A DNA stretch of 64,000 nucleotides from Macrostomum lignano (lineage: Eukaryota), in contig NIVC01000173.1 of NCBI GenBank assembly GCA_002269645.1, forward strand, positions 1-64,000. The letters are read 5' to 3'. The notes below the pieces were generated by a model. That model saw only the letters and a program-made list of their open reading frames with translations. It was not told where the DNA came from and searched no databases. Below, piece after piece: positions 46,703 through 61,700 of the stretch. Made by a program: the position numbers and the translations under genes. Each line of letters starts with the position of its first letter. The first letter of the stretch is position 1.

Positions 46703-49700
46703 ATGCTACGCTTTTGCTTTGTCGCAACGCTTCTCATGCTACAGACTCTGTGCCTATGCGGCTCAATGAACATGGAGATTGAAGTGCATCTCGACCGGCT
46801 CAACAATACGGTAGGCAAACTAGCCGATGGCGCCTGCTGTAGCAGCTTAGTCTCTAGAACCGATGGAAGCTGCATTGGCGACTGCAATACGTTTGCCAGA
46901 GTGTGCATCGCTTCTAGTAGCAGAGCTAGTGAACTACTACAGCTAAATAGCGTCACATGCAATATAGCCTACCGGATTACTGGTCTAGTTGGCCATAACA
47001 ACATCAATGGTGCCAAGGATATTCGATTCTCTCATCTGTCTAATAATTGGGAGGTAATTAAGATTTTTGGCCTTTTCCGACTTGTCGCTTATACAATCGA
47101 ATGGCTAGAGTCTTGTCAGTTTGAAATTACGCCGATCTAATAATATATTTATTATTTTCTTATTTTATATATACAGCCTACCCAGGGCCCGTTTCGACTT
47201 ATTGTGCAACTCTATCACTCTCCATCTACAACGCAATTCAACTTGGAAAATTGTAAGTTTACATATACAGTATAGCTATAGCTGAATTATTCCAGGGGTC
47301 GGTAAAACTTTTTTTCAACTCAAATGCCAGATAGTCGACCTATATAGAGCATGACTATGGAATAGAGAATAGAGTAGGCAGAATGGATAATGGAGAAAGG
47401 AAAGGCCAGAGAATGTAGGAGAGGAGAGGAGAGCAGAGAGATTAGAGAGAAGAAAAGTCTCAAAGGACCCGAGGGTCGGATAGAGAAGCTTTGCGGGCCG
47501 GGCCGCATGTGGAGTTTGCCGACCCTTGACTTATTCTGAGAAGTTTTAATACAGCCAAAGTCTTATATATATCCAAATGCCCCATAACATCATTGACCTC
47601 TAAGCGTACCTGATCGCTGACGGATCAACCTACGAAAAAGACTACTCGCCAAGTCAGAACTGGACAAGCCATCGTTCATGGCGTTCCGACGGCGTGGAAT
47701 TAGTCTATAGTTATCGAATACGCTGCCCAGCTAATCACTATGGCAGCTCGTGTCATCGCCTGTGCGTACCTAGAAACGATATTGTTGGTCATTTCACCTG
47801 CGACTCGCAGGGTCGCAGAGTTTGCATGCCGGGCTACACTGGCAGTCTTTGTAGTAAACGTGAGTTTCGCTTTTTCAGATTGCTAATTATATGACGAGGC
47901 ATTAGCTGTTGAAACAATGAATATACTTACTCCGCCTGTTTACCTTCGAATGACTTACCCGCCTTTTCCACTGACAGCTGTCTGCAGCAAGAACTGCAGT
48001 TCTAATGGTATCTGCGAGGGGCCCAATCGTTGCAGGTAAGTTGAATCTCGGTCTTTTCACTTCTTAAATCTATATAAGTGACTTCTTTTTTAAATGCTTT
48101 TTTCAAGTTTCCTTTCAACTAGTATGAGGTTTCTAACTAATATAACTATAACTTACTTAGCCCAAGCCAGCTAATTGTCCCAAGACTCCCCAACGATGCC
48201 AAGGGCCGCCATTTTCACCATTTCCCGTTCTGTCCCGCTCGCCCACGGGTGCCAGTCAGTTTTTGTTTTGTTTTGACTCTTCTTGAACTGACTTCCTGCA
48301 ATCGCATCTGTCAGTAGAATCCTTAATAGGCTTAGCCATAATCTTGAAATTCTACTGCATGGGGAGCATAAGGATTTGGGGAGCTGGGCTTGGTGCGTGC
48401 ATCTTGTTCTGTCTTATCCTATTAGCATATCCTCTTACTGATTGTAAATTGCTCCGAGTGTAACAACGACTTTTGCCGAATGTATGAGTGGTACTGTGTG
48501 GTAACTATATTATAATACCGAGTTCTTATCTTTGAATGCTTACTGGTGTTTTCATTTGATTGTATCTAGCGATTATCGAGCGGTTTTACAATATTTTATG
48601 TGCGGAGTATAATGCAGTGCATGAGGATGGATTCAAATTCAGAATTTGTGGGATTTGGGATTCACACAGTCTGAAATGGGAATCTATTCGAATTCAGAAT
48701 TTGTGGGATTTGGGATTCACACAATCTGGAATGGGGATCTGTTCGAGTTCAGAATTTCTGGGATTTGGGATTCACACAGTCTAGAATGGGGATCTGTTCG
48801 AGTTCAGAATTTCTGGGATTTGGGATTCACACAGTCTAGAATGGGGATCTGTTCGAGTTTAGAGTTTGTGGGATTTGGGATTCACACAGTCTGGAATGGG
48901 GATCTGTTCGAATTCAGAATTTGTGAGATTTGGGATTCACACAGTCAGGAATGGGGATCTGTTCGAGTTTATAATTTGTGGGATTTGGGATTCACACAGT
49001 CTAGAATGGGGATCTGTTAGAGTTCAGAATTTGTGGGATTTGGGATTCACACAGTCTGGAATGGGGATCTGTTCGAGTTTATAATTTGTGGGATTTGGGA
49101 TTCACAGTCTGGAATGGGGATCTGTTCGAGTTCAGAATTTCTGGGATTTGGGATTCACACAGTCTGGAATGGGGATCTGTTCGAGTTTAGAATTTGTGGG
49201 ATTTGGGATTCACACAGTCTGGAATGGGGATCTGTTCGAGTTCAGAATTTGTGGGATTTGGGATTCACACAGTCTGGAATGGGGATCTGTACGAGTTTAG
49301 AATTTGTGGGATTTGGGATTCACACAGTCTGGAATGGGGATCTGTTCGAGTTCAGAATTTGTGGGATTTGGGATTCACACAGTCTGGAATGGGGATCTGT
49401 ACGAGTTTAGAATTTGTGGGATTTGGGATTCACACAGTCTGGAATGGGGATCTGTTCGAGTTCAGAATTTGTGGGATTTGGGATTCACACAGTCTGGAAT
49501 GAGGATCTGTTCGAGTTCAGAATTTGTGGGATTTGGGATTCACACAGTCTGGAATGGGGATCTGTTCGAGTTTAGAATTTGTGGGATTTGGGATTCACAC
49601 AGTCTGGAATGGGGATCTGTTCGAGTTTAGAATTTGTGGGATTTGGGATTCACACAGTCTGGAATGGGGATCTGTTCGAGTTCAGAATTTGTGGGATTTG

Positions 49701-52700
49701 GGATTCACACAGTCTGGAATGGGGATCTGTTCGAGTTTAGAATTTGTGGGATTTGGGATTCACACAGTCTGGAATGGGGATCTGTTCGAGTTCAGAATTT
49801 CTGGGATTTGGGATTCACACAGTCTGGAATGGGGATCTGTTCGAGTTCAGAATTTGTGGGATTTGGGATTCACACAGTCTGGAATGGGGATCTGTTCGAG
49901 TTTAGAATTTGTGGGATTTGGGATTCACACAGTCTGGAATGGGGATCTGTTCGAGTTTAGAATTTGTGGGATTTGGGATTCACACAGTCTGGAATGGGGA
50001 TCTGTTCGAGTTTAGAATTTGTGGGATTTGGGATTCACACAGTCTGGAATGGGGATCTGTTCGAGTTTAGAATTTGTGGGATTTGGGATTCACACAGTCT
50101 GGAATGGGGATCTGTTCGAGTTTAGAATTTGTGGGATTTGGGATTCACACAGTCTGGAATGGGGATCTGTTCGAGTTTAGAATTTGTGGGATTTGGGATT
50201 CACACAGTCTGGAATGGGGATCTGTTCGAGTTTATAATTTGTGGGATTTGGGATTCACACAGTCTAGAATGGGGATCTGTTCGAGTTCAGAATTTCTGGG
50301 ATTTGGGATTCACAGTCTGGAATGGGGGATCTGTTCGAGTTCAGAATTTCTGGGATTTGGGATTCACACAGTCTGGAATGGGGATCTGTTCGAGTTTAGA
50401 ATTTGTGGGATTTGGGATTCACACAGTCTGGAATGGGGATCTGTTCGAGTTTATAATTTGTGGGATTTGGGATTCACACAGTCTAGAATAGGGATCTGTT
50501 CGAGTTCAGAATTTCTGGGATTTGGGATTCACAGTCTGGAATGGGGGATCTGTTCGAGTTCAGAATTTCTGGGATTTGGGATTTAGGTTATTATCTATTT
50601 CGGATTTTTTGGGATTTTGAAACTTGAAAATTTATTTGGGATTTGAGTGATTCACGCTGCCGTCTTTTGGGGAATTTTTGGGATCACTGATTAGATCAGT
50701 AACATGGTTTTTCTGCATTACACCTCACCTTGCAGGTGTCTGCCAGGCTGGGACGGCCCCGACTGTTCCAGGTGCGTCCCGATGCCCAACTGCAGCCCGA
50801 AGCACGGCTTCTGTCGCCAACCGATGGAGTGCGAGTGTAAAAAAGGTTACGGCGGCATGCTGTGCGACATTGGTGAGTCACGGGAGATTTCTATATGTAA
50901 AACTAGTGTCTTGGCAACCCGTTTATAGTGTAATTACTCTTTCAAAATTTATTCTAATCCCTATATCAGAGTTTCATTAACTCAACAGTCTATACACTCC
51001 ATATCTAAATAGAATTTGACTTTTATAGCTTAACTTTTAAAATCTTTTTGTCAGCTGTCTGTATCGTGTGTCTTTGTCAACCTGACTGTGTCTTTGTCAG
51101 CTGTATCGTGTGTCTTTGTCAACCTGACTGTGTCTGTCAGCTGTATCGTGTGTCTTTGTCAACCTGACTGTGTGTTTTTGTCAGCTGTATCGTGTGTCTT
51201 TGTCAACCTGACTGTGTCTTTGTCAGCTGTATCGTGTGTCTTTGTCAACCTGACTGTGTCTGTCAGCTGTATCGTGTGTCTTTGTCAACCTGACTGTGTG
51301 TTTTTGTCAGCTGTATCGTGTGTCTTTGTCAACCTGATTGTGTCTTTGTCAGTTTTTTGTGTCCTTTTCAATGAAACTTTTCTTTAAAACTTTAAGCGTC
51401 TGCAACTGCGAGTATTTATCAGTTAGTAAAATCGTAGCATCGTTGCTCTCTGCCTAATTATATTTCATAATTTGGACAAATTGGTGGATTAAAAAAAGAA
51501 TAACTAGATCCTACTGTCTTTTCAATTCATTAATTTAGCCATGTATGCAAGCTCGCACAAAGACTATAGTGGGTACTGATGCAGAGATGGGTCGAGGGAG
51601 TATATATGTATCAGTAATATAGATGGCTATCTTTCCCATGGCTGCTAGGGTAGTTAAGGAAGGGGTCCTAAGCCTGCAGTTGTTGCTAACGAGCTAACGG
51701 CGAACAGCAAAGGAAAGGTTGTCTGCCTGTCGCCAAATCCGCGATTTCGGCTACAGATGATTACGAATTCAAATGATTACTTTGCAGAGTGAGTCACCGT
51801 TCTAGCTTCCTTCCTTCCTTCCTTCCTTCCTTCCGGTTTTCCAGCTCCCATGCAGAGTCGGGGGGACTGAAAAGGATCAAGGTGCAAAATACCTAAGGTA
51901 TAGGGTCCCCCCACCTAGTTTCTCTCTCCTGTAGCGCTTGGTGGCTTTAAATCAACAAATCCTACAGCTAGTAGACAAAGACTTGTCTCCATCTGCAGGC
52001 AGGTCGACATGTCTACTGGTGGCTGAAGTGGGGCTTTAGCTTGAATAATAATTTCTAAATCTTACTAATGAAGGAAAATATAGTATCTCCAAGGGCTTAT
52101 TTATAATCCCGTTAATTACTCTTAGCGAAATAGCAGTTGCTACGAGTATATGCGGATGGTATGCAGATATATTACAACATTAGTCCCTCATACAATGCTA
52201 TGCTATAGCTATATAGCTGTATTTCACAATCGAAATTATCTATTATATGCTATTTTTAGCGTCAGAAACCATCATCTGTCGGCGCTAATAATATAGCGCT
52301 ATTTTTGGCGCCAGAAACCATCATCTGTCGGCGCTAATAATATAGCGCTATTTTTAGCGTCAGAAACCATCATCTGTCGGCGCTAATAATATAGCGCTAT
52401 TTTTGGCGCCAGAAACCATCATCTGTCGGCGCTATTTTTGGCGCCAGAAACCATCATCTGTCGGCGCCAATAATATGGCGCTATTTTGGCGCCAAAAACC
52501 GCGCTAATACTGAAGAAAATCAGACAACTTTCTGATTTCCTCATCTTGAAATAATCTTTTAAGAAAAAATAGGAAGTCCGAAGGACCAGGAAAAAGGCGG
52601 GCACATACACAAGTCTGGTTACTTTGCTTTCATTTTTAATGCGCAGTATTTTGAAAAGAAACTACGTCCTATTATTACCTGCCATACGAGCTGTAGTAAT

Positions 52701-55700
52701 AATAAAACAAAAGGGTTACGCTGTACGCACAAAGACCAACAAGTGTGCAATGCACAGGGAGTCTGTTACTTTTTCACCTATACTTAATGCTTCGCTTACG
52801 GTGTACCTTTACAGTGTATATGTATATTACATTAGTTTCTATTGCAGTAATAGTTTAGCATATACTATAAGACTCGACGATTTTGCTACATTCATCGCAA
52901 ACCGGCTTTCCCTGAACCCGTCATCTTTCCATTGCGGGGTCTTTTTAGCTAAGGGTCTCCTCCTAGAAGCGGAAGACCAAGAAAGAGAAACTTGTCATTT
53001 GATCCGCTTCTTACTTGACTTTCCTGTTGGTCAATGAAACTCCAGTGTTATTTTTTACAGTGTAGCTGAACCCTGCACTGGGCGCTCGATTCTTGGGTGT
53101 CTTGGTTAGCTTTAGCTCTATAGCTTTGCTACCTTGTCATTCTTCAAGTGGTTGTAGTCAAATAGCGATGTATTATGTTTCTACTACGATGGGAATGAGA
53201 TTAGGTAAATGAATGTACCATAGAGATGAGATCTCATGCTTTTGGTGTCTCATAAAGATGAGATCTCATGCTGTTGGTGTCACATAGGCATGAGACCTCA
53301 TTGGTGTCTCATAAGGAAGAGATCTCATTGGTGTCTCCTATAAGGAAGAGATCTCATTGGTGTCTCATAGGGATGAGATTTCTTTGGTGGCTCATAGGGA
53401 TGAGATTTCATTGGTGTCTCATAGGGATGATATTTCACTGGTATCTCATAGGGATGAGATTTCATTGGTGGCTCATAGGGATGAGATCTCATTGGTGTCT
53501 CATAGGGATGAGATCTCATGCTGAATTAGTGTCCCATAGGGATGGGATCTCATTGATGTCCCTCAGGAATAGTCATCTAGATGTGAGATTTCAGAACTGA
53601 ACAATTGGAGTACTTAATGTTTGAAATAGATAAATATTACTTATAATCATACATGCAGTTATTTAAAAACAAAATATCTGATCTTTACATGAAATCTTCA
53701 CTCGCAGATCTGCAGTGGTGCCGCAACAATCCAAATCCGTGCGAGAACGGCGGTCGCTGCGTCAACAAAGACGGTTTGGGCTATAATTATACCTGCCTCT
53801 GCCAGCCGGGCTACACTGGCTTTCACTGCGAGAAAGAGTTGAACGACTGCAGACTGACTGGCTGCGCCAACGGCGGCACTTGCCCATCGGTAAGGGGTTA
53901 GAGGGGCTGTGCAGGTATGCTTGTGTCCATTATGTGCAGAAGCTCATTGATTCAAGTGACAGGTAGTTATTTAATGTTTTATTCCCTAGCCTTTTGTACT
54001 GGGGCTTCTTCCCATGGTCTTCAATCATTTGGGTCACCGCTTCTTCCCGTGGTCCTCAATCAGTTGGGTCACCGCTTCTTCCCATGGTCCTCAATCAGTT
54101 GGGTCACCGCTTCTTCTCATGGTCCTCAATCATTTGGGTCACCGCTTCTTCTCATGGTCCTCAATCATTGAGTGCCGCAGCTTCTTCCCATGGTTCTCAA
54201 TCATAGCACCGCTGCTTTTTATGGTCCTTCGGTCCTCTTTCATTTGGGCTGCCATTTTTCCAGTCGAATTCCAATTCACCCATACCACCACCCCCCTTCA
54301 GAACTCGAGTGGCAAAAAAGTCGTAGCGGATTTGCCGCATAGCAACGCCTTGACAACGGCAACGCCGATTGACAGTTCTGACACGCGCTGCCATTGCCGG
54401 CCGGGCTTCACCGGTCGCCGGTGCCAGTTCAACATCACCAGGTGCTCGGAGAGACCCTGCCAGGGTCGCGGCCGGTGCCGGGACCTGCCGGCCAGAGCTG
54501 GGGGCGGCTTCGCCTGCGACTGCGATGCTGGCTGGTCCGGTCAGAACTGCGAGATCAACACGGACGATTGCAAGCCCGGCTACTGTCTGAATGGTGAGCG
54601 GGCTGGATGAATAATCATTACTTTTTAGATTAGCGATAATCCACTTGAGATATTTTTAAACTACAGATTATGCCCTTAATTATTATTCAAATTGGCGATA
54701 TTCTTCGTCAGGAAAATTGTTTGAATTAGTGATAATCCACATGGCATAATTGCTTGGATTAGTGATAATCCACATGGGATAATTGCTTGGATTATTGATA
54801 ATCCACATTGCATAATCGCTTGGATTAGTGATAATCCACATGGCATAATTGCTTGGATTAGTGATAATCCACATTGCATAATTGCTTGGATTAGTGATAA
54901 TCCACATGGCATAATTGCTTGGATTAGTGATAATCCACATGGGAGTATTGCTTGGATTAGTGATAATCCACATGGGGTAGGATAATTGCTTGGATTAGTG
55001 ATAATCCATATGGGTCTTATGGGATAATTGCTTGGATTAGTGATAATCCACATTGCATAATTGCTTGGATTAGTGATAATCCACATGGGGTAGGATAATT
55101 GCTTTGATTAGTGATAATCCACATGGGATAATTGTTTGGATTAGTGATAATCCACATGGCATAATTGCTTGGATTAGTGATAATCCACATGGCATAATTG
55201 CTTGGATTAGTGATAATCCACATTGCATAATTTCTTGGATTAGTGATAATCCACATGGGATAATTGCTTGGATTAGTGATAATCCACATGGGATAATTGC
55301 TTGGATTAGTTTGGATTAGTGGCTCGGATCAGCGATAATCTACTGTCTGGATTTAAATGGTTATTGAAATTCTTTTGACAAATCCAGGCCAGTTTATAGA
55401 AATTTTTGGTTTAGAAATCGGCAGATTTTTACCTGAGCTATCTGACGATGAAGTGCAGCGAGTGCTTAATTCACAATGGCGCTGGGCGCTGAACGGCAGT
55501 TCAGAGAATGATTTATAACTGCTCAGTGACCAGGGCAGGAGAGTGGGGTACACTCGCGGGCCATTTAGTATGAAAACTGCATTCTAATTTCGCCTCCATC
55601 TAAGTGAGCATATGGTTTAAGTATTATAAATGACTGAGTAGAGGTAAGGGCTGAGGGAGGTTGGAGGTCAGTGCTGGGAGCGCTAGTGGATTGCCCCCCC

Positions 55701-58700
55701 CCCCTGACAGGTGCAGATTGGGCGCAGCTGTGTGTTTTTAGACTTGGCGACCTGCTGAATGAGTTCTGTGCTCTTGGTCTTGGTGCTCTCCAAAGTTCAA
55801 GCTGTCACGACTTCTTCAGTATTAATTATTAATAGAATTGCTTAGGTCGAAGGTTCATTTAATCATTCCCTGAACAATTGAAGGCTAAATCGTTTAACCT
55901 TTTCGTCATTTCAAAAGTCATATTTCACCCCTTCGTGACGCATATTCATTAACTCTTTAACGGCTTTTAATTTGATACATTGAGTCATAAATTATTGCTA
56001 TCTCATTTCATAGGAATTCAGGGTCCCGCTGTGATCTGATTTCATGCGAATTTCAGGGATGTCATATCCCTCTGTGATCTGATTTCCTGCGAATTTCAGG
56101 GATGTCATATCCCGCTGTGATCTGATTTCCTGCGAATTTCAGGGATGTCATATCCCTCTGTGATCTGACTTCATGAGAATTTCAGGGATGTCATATCCCG
56201 CTGTGATCTGACTTCATGAGAATTTCAGGGATGTCATATCCTGCTGTTATCTGACTTCATGAGAATTTCAGGGATGTCATATCCCGCAGTGATCTGACTT
56301 CAGAAGAATTTCAGGGATGTCATATCCCGCAGTGATCTGATTTCAGAAGAATTTCAGGGATGTCATATCCCGCTGTTATCTGATTTCAGAAGAATTTCAG
56401 GGATGTCATATCCCGCTGTTATCTGATTTCACGAGAATTTCGGGGGTGTCATTCTTCGTTCTTCATTTTTCGGGACCATCAACATCATGAGATTTGGTCG
56501 ATTAACAAAGGAAAGTTATCTCTGTTTTTAAGTGTACTCTGAAAATATAAAGTTAAAGGTAGTTAGTACTGTTTAAATAGACTGTTAAATATAGTTTCAA
56601 TCCGGAATGCTTGTCAACAGGTTTATTAGCACTCCCTGTTGCTAATAATAATTATATCTGATACGAACTGATGTTTAGCCACGTGCTAATTATCCAAACA
56701 GCGCAATATGTAGCGGGGGTTATGGATCAAAGAATGAAATATATATTGGATTATAAGGATTTTGATATAGGGATTGATAATCTCTGCTAGGCTATAGGTG
56801 TCCTGCATTGTTCATCCGTTAATCCCTATCTATCTAACGCCATCTCTGCCATCCCCGTGTGTTAAAACTGCTGTTTATTAATTATTAATTAGAGAATATA
56901 ATTTCAGTAAAATATCCCCAGGGTTGCCCTAGCCTGGTTTATTAAGCCTGTTTTTAACCCCGGCCAGGTACTCCGACAGCCAGTTGACAATGGTAGGGGA
57001 GACAATCAGCATTTAATATTAATAATTATTATTCTAATCGCCAACAAAGAAAATATGCGGTTGACAATGTACAGGTAAACCTCAGTAAATACCTGTGAGT
57101 CTGATAAGATACATGAACGAGTGTTCACTTAAATGTAATGCTTCAAAGTCGCAAGGGTGAGATTTTTTATCTCGGAATCGCAGTGTTGAGAATTTAGATC
57201 TCAAATCCTAGGATGAGATTTTAGATCTCCGAATTGTAGGGGTGAGATTTTAGATCTCAAATCGTAGGGGTGAGATTTTAGATCTCTAATCGCAGGGGTG
57301 AGATGATCTCAGAATCGCAGGAGTGAGATTTTATAGTTAAGATTTAAAAATTTGTCTGTGTGAGTCTGTGTAAACGGTCAATCATTATCAAGGTGTTCGT
57401 TTTTTCACGTGTTAGTTTTTTATTATATAAAGCTAAGTAGCTAACACATATTAGGGTCACAATGACGACATTTTATCTTTTGACGGTCACACGAGTGACC
57501 GTTTTGTGATTGTCACATTTGAAGGTCACACGATGGTCACGTGAGTGTTTTTTAATGGTCACATTCACATTAGTAAATGACGATCACATCACGGTCACAA
57601 GTGTGACAGGCAGTGCCACATTCACATTTTGACGTTCATCAAAAATTGTGACCGTCCCACTATTATACGGGTCAAAAATCATAGTTGTCGGATCTTGTCG
57701 GACCATTGAGGATATAAATTTTAGAGAAACCTTTCTAGCATTTGGAATTTCAGACTTTATAGATGACGTTCAATAGTCCAAATCCAAAATGTTACATACG
57801 TATTGCTATGTTGTATTGTATTCTAAGGGCTATCTGCAACCAACAGGTGCAGTTGCACTGCCAGCTCACAGCGTGTCTCAGCACGTGCAATGTTGCATTT
57901 CTCATAAAAAGCCTGGCTGGTGAAGGGACATAGGAATTCATTCAGCTTGTCTTGATTACTGTTCGTTCCTTTTTCAAACTTTGGCCGCAACAAAACCTAC
58001 GCTGCAAGATGGTATGCATGCGAAAAAAGCACTTGTTTTATTAGTTTCTAAATCTGATCTAAAACAGGCACTAAAAGTAATAGGTGACTGTCTAATGTGT
58101 CATGTTTGGCACAAGATGATTGGCCAAGACAAAAAAGCTCCAAGATAAGATGATTGCTACAACACCAAAATGAGATGATTGCTACAGCACCGAAATGAGA
58201 TGATTGCTACAGAACCAACATAAGATGATTGCTACAACATCAAAATAAAATGATTGCTACAGCACCAAAATGAGATGATTGCTGCAGCACCAAAATGAGA
58301 TGATTGCTGCAGCACCAAAATGAGATGACTGCTACAGCACCAAAATGAGATGATTGCTACAGCACCAAAATAAAATGATTGCTACAGCACCAAAATGAGG
58401 TGATTGCTGCAGCACCAAAATGAGATGATTGCTACAGCACCAAAATGAGATGACTGCTACAGCACCAAAATGAGATGATTGCTACAGCACCAAAATAAAA
58501 TGATTGCTACAGCACCAAAATGAGGTGATTGCTACAGCACCAAAATGAGATGATTGCTGCAGCACCAAGATGAGATGATTGCTACAGCACCAAAATGAGA
58601 TGATTGCTGCAGCACCAAGATAAGATGATTGCTACAGCACCAAAATGAGATGATTGCTACAGCACCAAAATGAGATGATTGCTACAGCACCAAAATGAGA

Positions 58701-61700
58701 TGATTGCTACAGCACCAAAATGAGATGATTGCTACAGCACCAAAATGAGATGATTGCTACAGCACCAAAATGAGATGATTGCTACAGCACCAAGATAAGA
58801 TGATTGCTACAGCACCAAAATGAGATGATTGCTACAGCACTAAAATGAGATGATTGCTACAGCACCAAGATAAGATGATTGCTACAGCACCAAAATGAGA
58901 TGATTGCTGCAGCACCAAAATGAGATGATTGCTACAGCACCAAAATGAGATGATTGCTACAGCACCAAAATGAGATGATTGCTACAGCACCAAAATGAGA
59001 TGATTGCTACAGCACCAAAATGAGATGATTGCTACAGCACCAAAATGAGATGATTGCTACAGCACCAAAATGAGTTGATTGCTACAGCACCAAAATGAGG
59101 TGATTGCTACAGCACCAACATGAGATGATTGCTACAGCACCAAAATGAGTTGATTGCTACAGCACCAACATGAGGTGATTGCTACAGCACCAACATGAGA
59201 TGATTGCTACAGCACCAAAATGAGATGACTGCTACAGCACCAAAATGAGATGATTGCTACAGCACCAAAATGAGATGATTGCTACAGCACCAAAATGAGA
59301 TGATTGCTACAGCACCAAAATGAGTTGATTGCTACAGCACCAAAATGAGGTGATTGCTACAGCACCAACATGAGATGATTGCTACAGCACAAAAATGAGG
59401 TGATTGCTACAGCACCAACATGAGATGATTGCTACAGCACAAAAATGAGGTGATTGCTACAGCACCAAAATGAGGTGATTGCTACAGCACCAAGATAAGA
59501 TGATTGTTACAGCGCTAAAATGAGGTGATTGCTACAGCACCAAAGTGAGATAATTGCTACTTAATACAGGTTATTAATTGTTTGGATTCGGTTATTTAGT
59601 TTTGTTCTCTCCCTGTCCCTCGGGCCAATAGCATGGAACATTGTTCATTCTTGATTTTGATTAATGAATTTTTTGCGGTTTCTTTCCATAGAGCGACCGG
59701 GCAGTGGTAAACAGGGGAGTAGCGGTGAGGGAGCCTTCCTTTCCGCTCAACAACCCCCCCCCCTCATAAAAACCTGTTTGCAAATCCAGGGGCGGTTGTA
59801 ACTTAGCAATGGTTCCCCAACGTAGGGATATATCCTACCCTGTTGTAAGTTCTTATCGTAGTACCAGAGAAGAACCGCCCTGTCCTACCCCCTTAAGCAA
59901 GGGTACTTGTCTTCGGCTATAAGCTTGCATACAGCGTGTTTTTATGTTGCGTTGCGCTATTTTTCTCATTAATAACAAAATGGGCGGAGCGGGTTAGCTG
60001 TTGGTTGAAACTATAGTAGCTATTCATTGATACTGGGTATTGAATAGTAAGTCATTAATGTCTAATTTGCACGAACAGATTAAAGAGATACGCAATCAAG
60101 CGTGTGTCTAGCGCAATGCTCTACGACCTAATTACTTTTTTGGCGATTAAACGTTTCTCGTCCTGGCAATGCTGCATGTGCCACTCGACCAATTATGCAG
60201 GGTTTTAATTATGTTAAATATATGCTAATTTTATAGATATGCTAATTAATCGTTTCGCCTGCGTAGGCGGAGGCTGCGCCCATGAAGTTCCTTATTTAGT
60301 TTCTAATCAAAATCTTCTAGGGGCATGGTAGCAGTTGCCAAGGAGACGGCGCCGCATATCTGCAGACAAATTCAATACGGCTAAAGGCTCGCCACCGTCT
60401 TCTCGTGCTAATCTTTGCCGTTCCAATCCACGCGCGAAATTGCGCTTAGCAACAAACAGAATACGCTGCGTGTTTCTGCTTTTTCTGCTTCAACTCTCCA
60501 TCTTACTTACACACAGCTCAGCCGTGTGAAGCTTATGTAATTAGTCTGACAAGCTGCTCATCATTAGCTTAACAGTTCCCTGTCTTCCTGCTCGTTATAG
60601 ACCAGGCTAGATACTGCAAAATTAATTTAGATCTGTTAGAGTAATTAGATTTTGGATGCAAGATCTTAGCTGTATACGAGTATATAAATATAAATATGAT
60701 AATAGCATCATTTATTAAGTGATTTATTAGGTTTCTGTAGTTCCTGATCCTGTATGGTTCACACAGTGGCTTTTTTGGGCACCGACCAGGAAGGAGCTAT
60801 GGTTCGATGAATCGATTCTGTTGAGAGTGTGTACATGCCTGAGGATTTTGAGAGTCAAAGGGCCGCTTGTATGTGCTCAGCAGTCAGAGGGAATGGGCAG
60901 AACTGCTTGAGCGCTGACCTAATCGGTCAGGCCCCAAGGGACCATGGTACGAGCTATGGCGAGAGTCTAACCCCCGCCCCATTCCCGAACCGCCCTCCCC
61001 CCCAGGTGGCCAGTGCGTGGACGGCCTGAACAAGTTCAGCTGCATCTGCCGCCACCATTTCGCCGGCACCCCTTGCAACGTCAACCTGCTGGACTGTCGC
61101 TTCCGCTGTCGCAACGGTGGCACCTGCGTTGACCGGGCCAACGGCCTCGAGTGCCGCTGTCCGCCCGGCTTCCGCGGAGCCTACTGCGAGCACTCGGACA
61201 GCGGCGGGCTCCATGGCAACCGTAGCCTTGGCAACAGTAGCAGCGGTCATAATCGATCTATTGTCGGCGTTGTCGAGATTGCCGCCGCGGCTGACGGCGG
61301 CGGCGGCGGCGGCACCACTGAGACGATTTTGCTAGCAGCTTGCGGGGTGCTCCTGCCAGTGACAGTGCTGCTGCTGTGCCTGCTGTCTGCCTCCTGTCGG
61401 CGATACTGCAGTCAGAGCCCGCAGGGTGCCTCAGTCCCGGCCTCCAATACCGCCACTTCAATGACGCCTCTCAGCAGTTCGAACTCCAAGGCTAAAGACG
61501 ACGCCGAGGACGAGCTGGACTCGGGACTGGGCGCCGTCAGCGGAACCTCCTCAGCGTCGCTCAATAATAACGAGAAAAATCTTCTGGGCGCTCGCAAAGA
61601 GAAGGTGGAATATTTTGCGCACAAGATGGTCAACAAGTTGGAGACTGGGCGATGGTAAGTCGTGGTTTTCTTCCCATTTTTTATTTGTATCTTCCCGGAT

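Noticed and set aside
48630-50590. Overlapping 100-170-aa ORFs (WDLGFTQSGMGIC)
   Set aside because: Translations of the 55-bp array within Delta intron 4.
57450-57665. GGTCACA-rich segment as a MITE
   Set aside because: The ends are only loosely inverted and I could not find a TSD.
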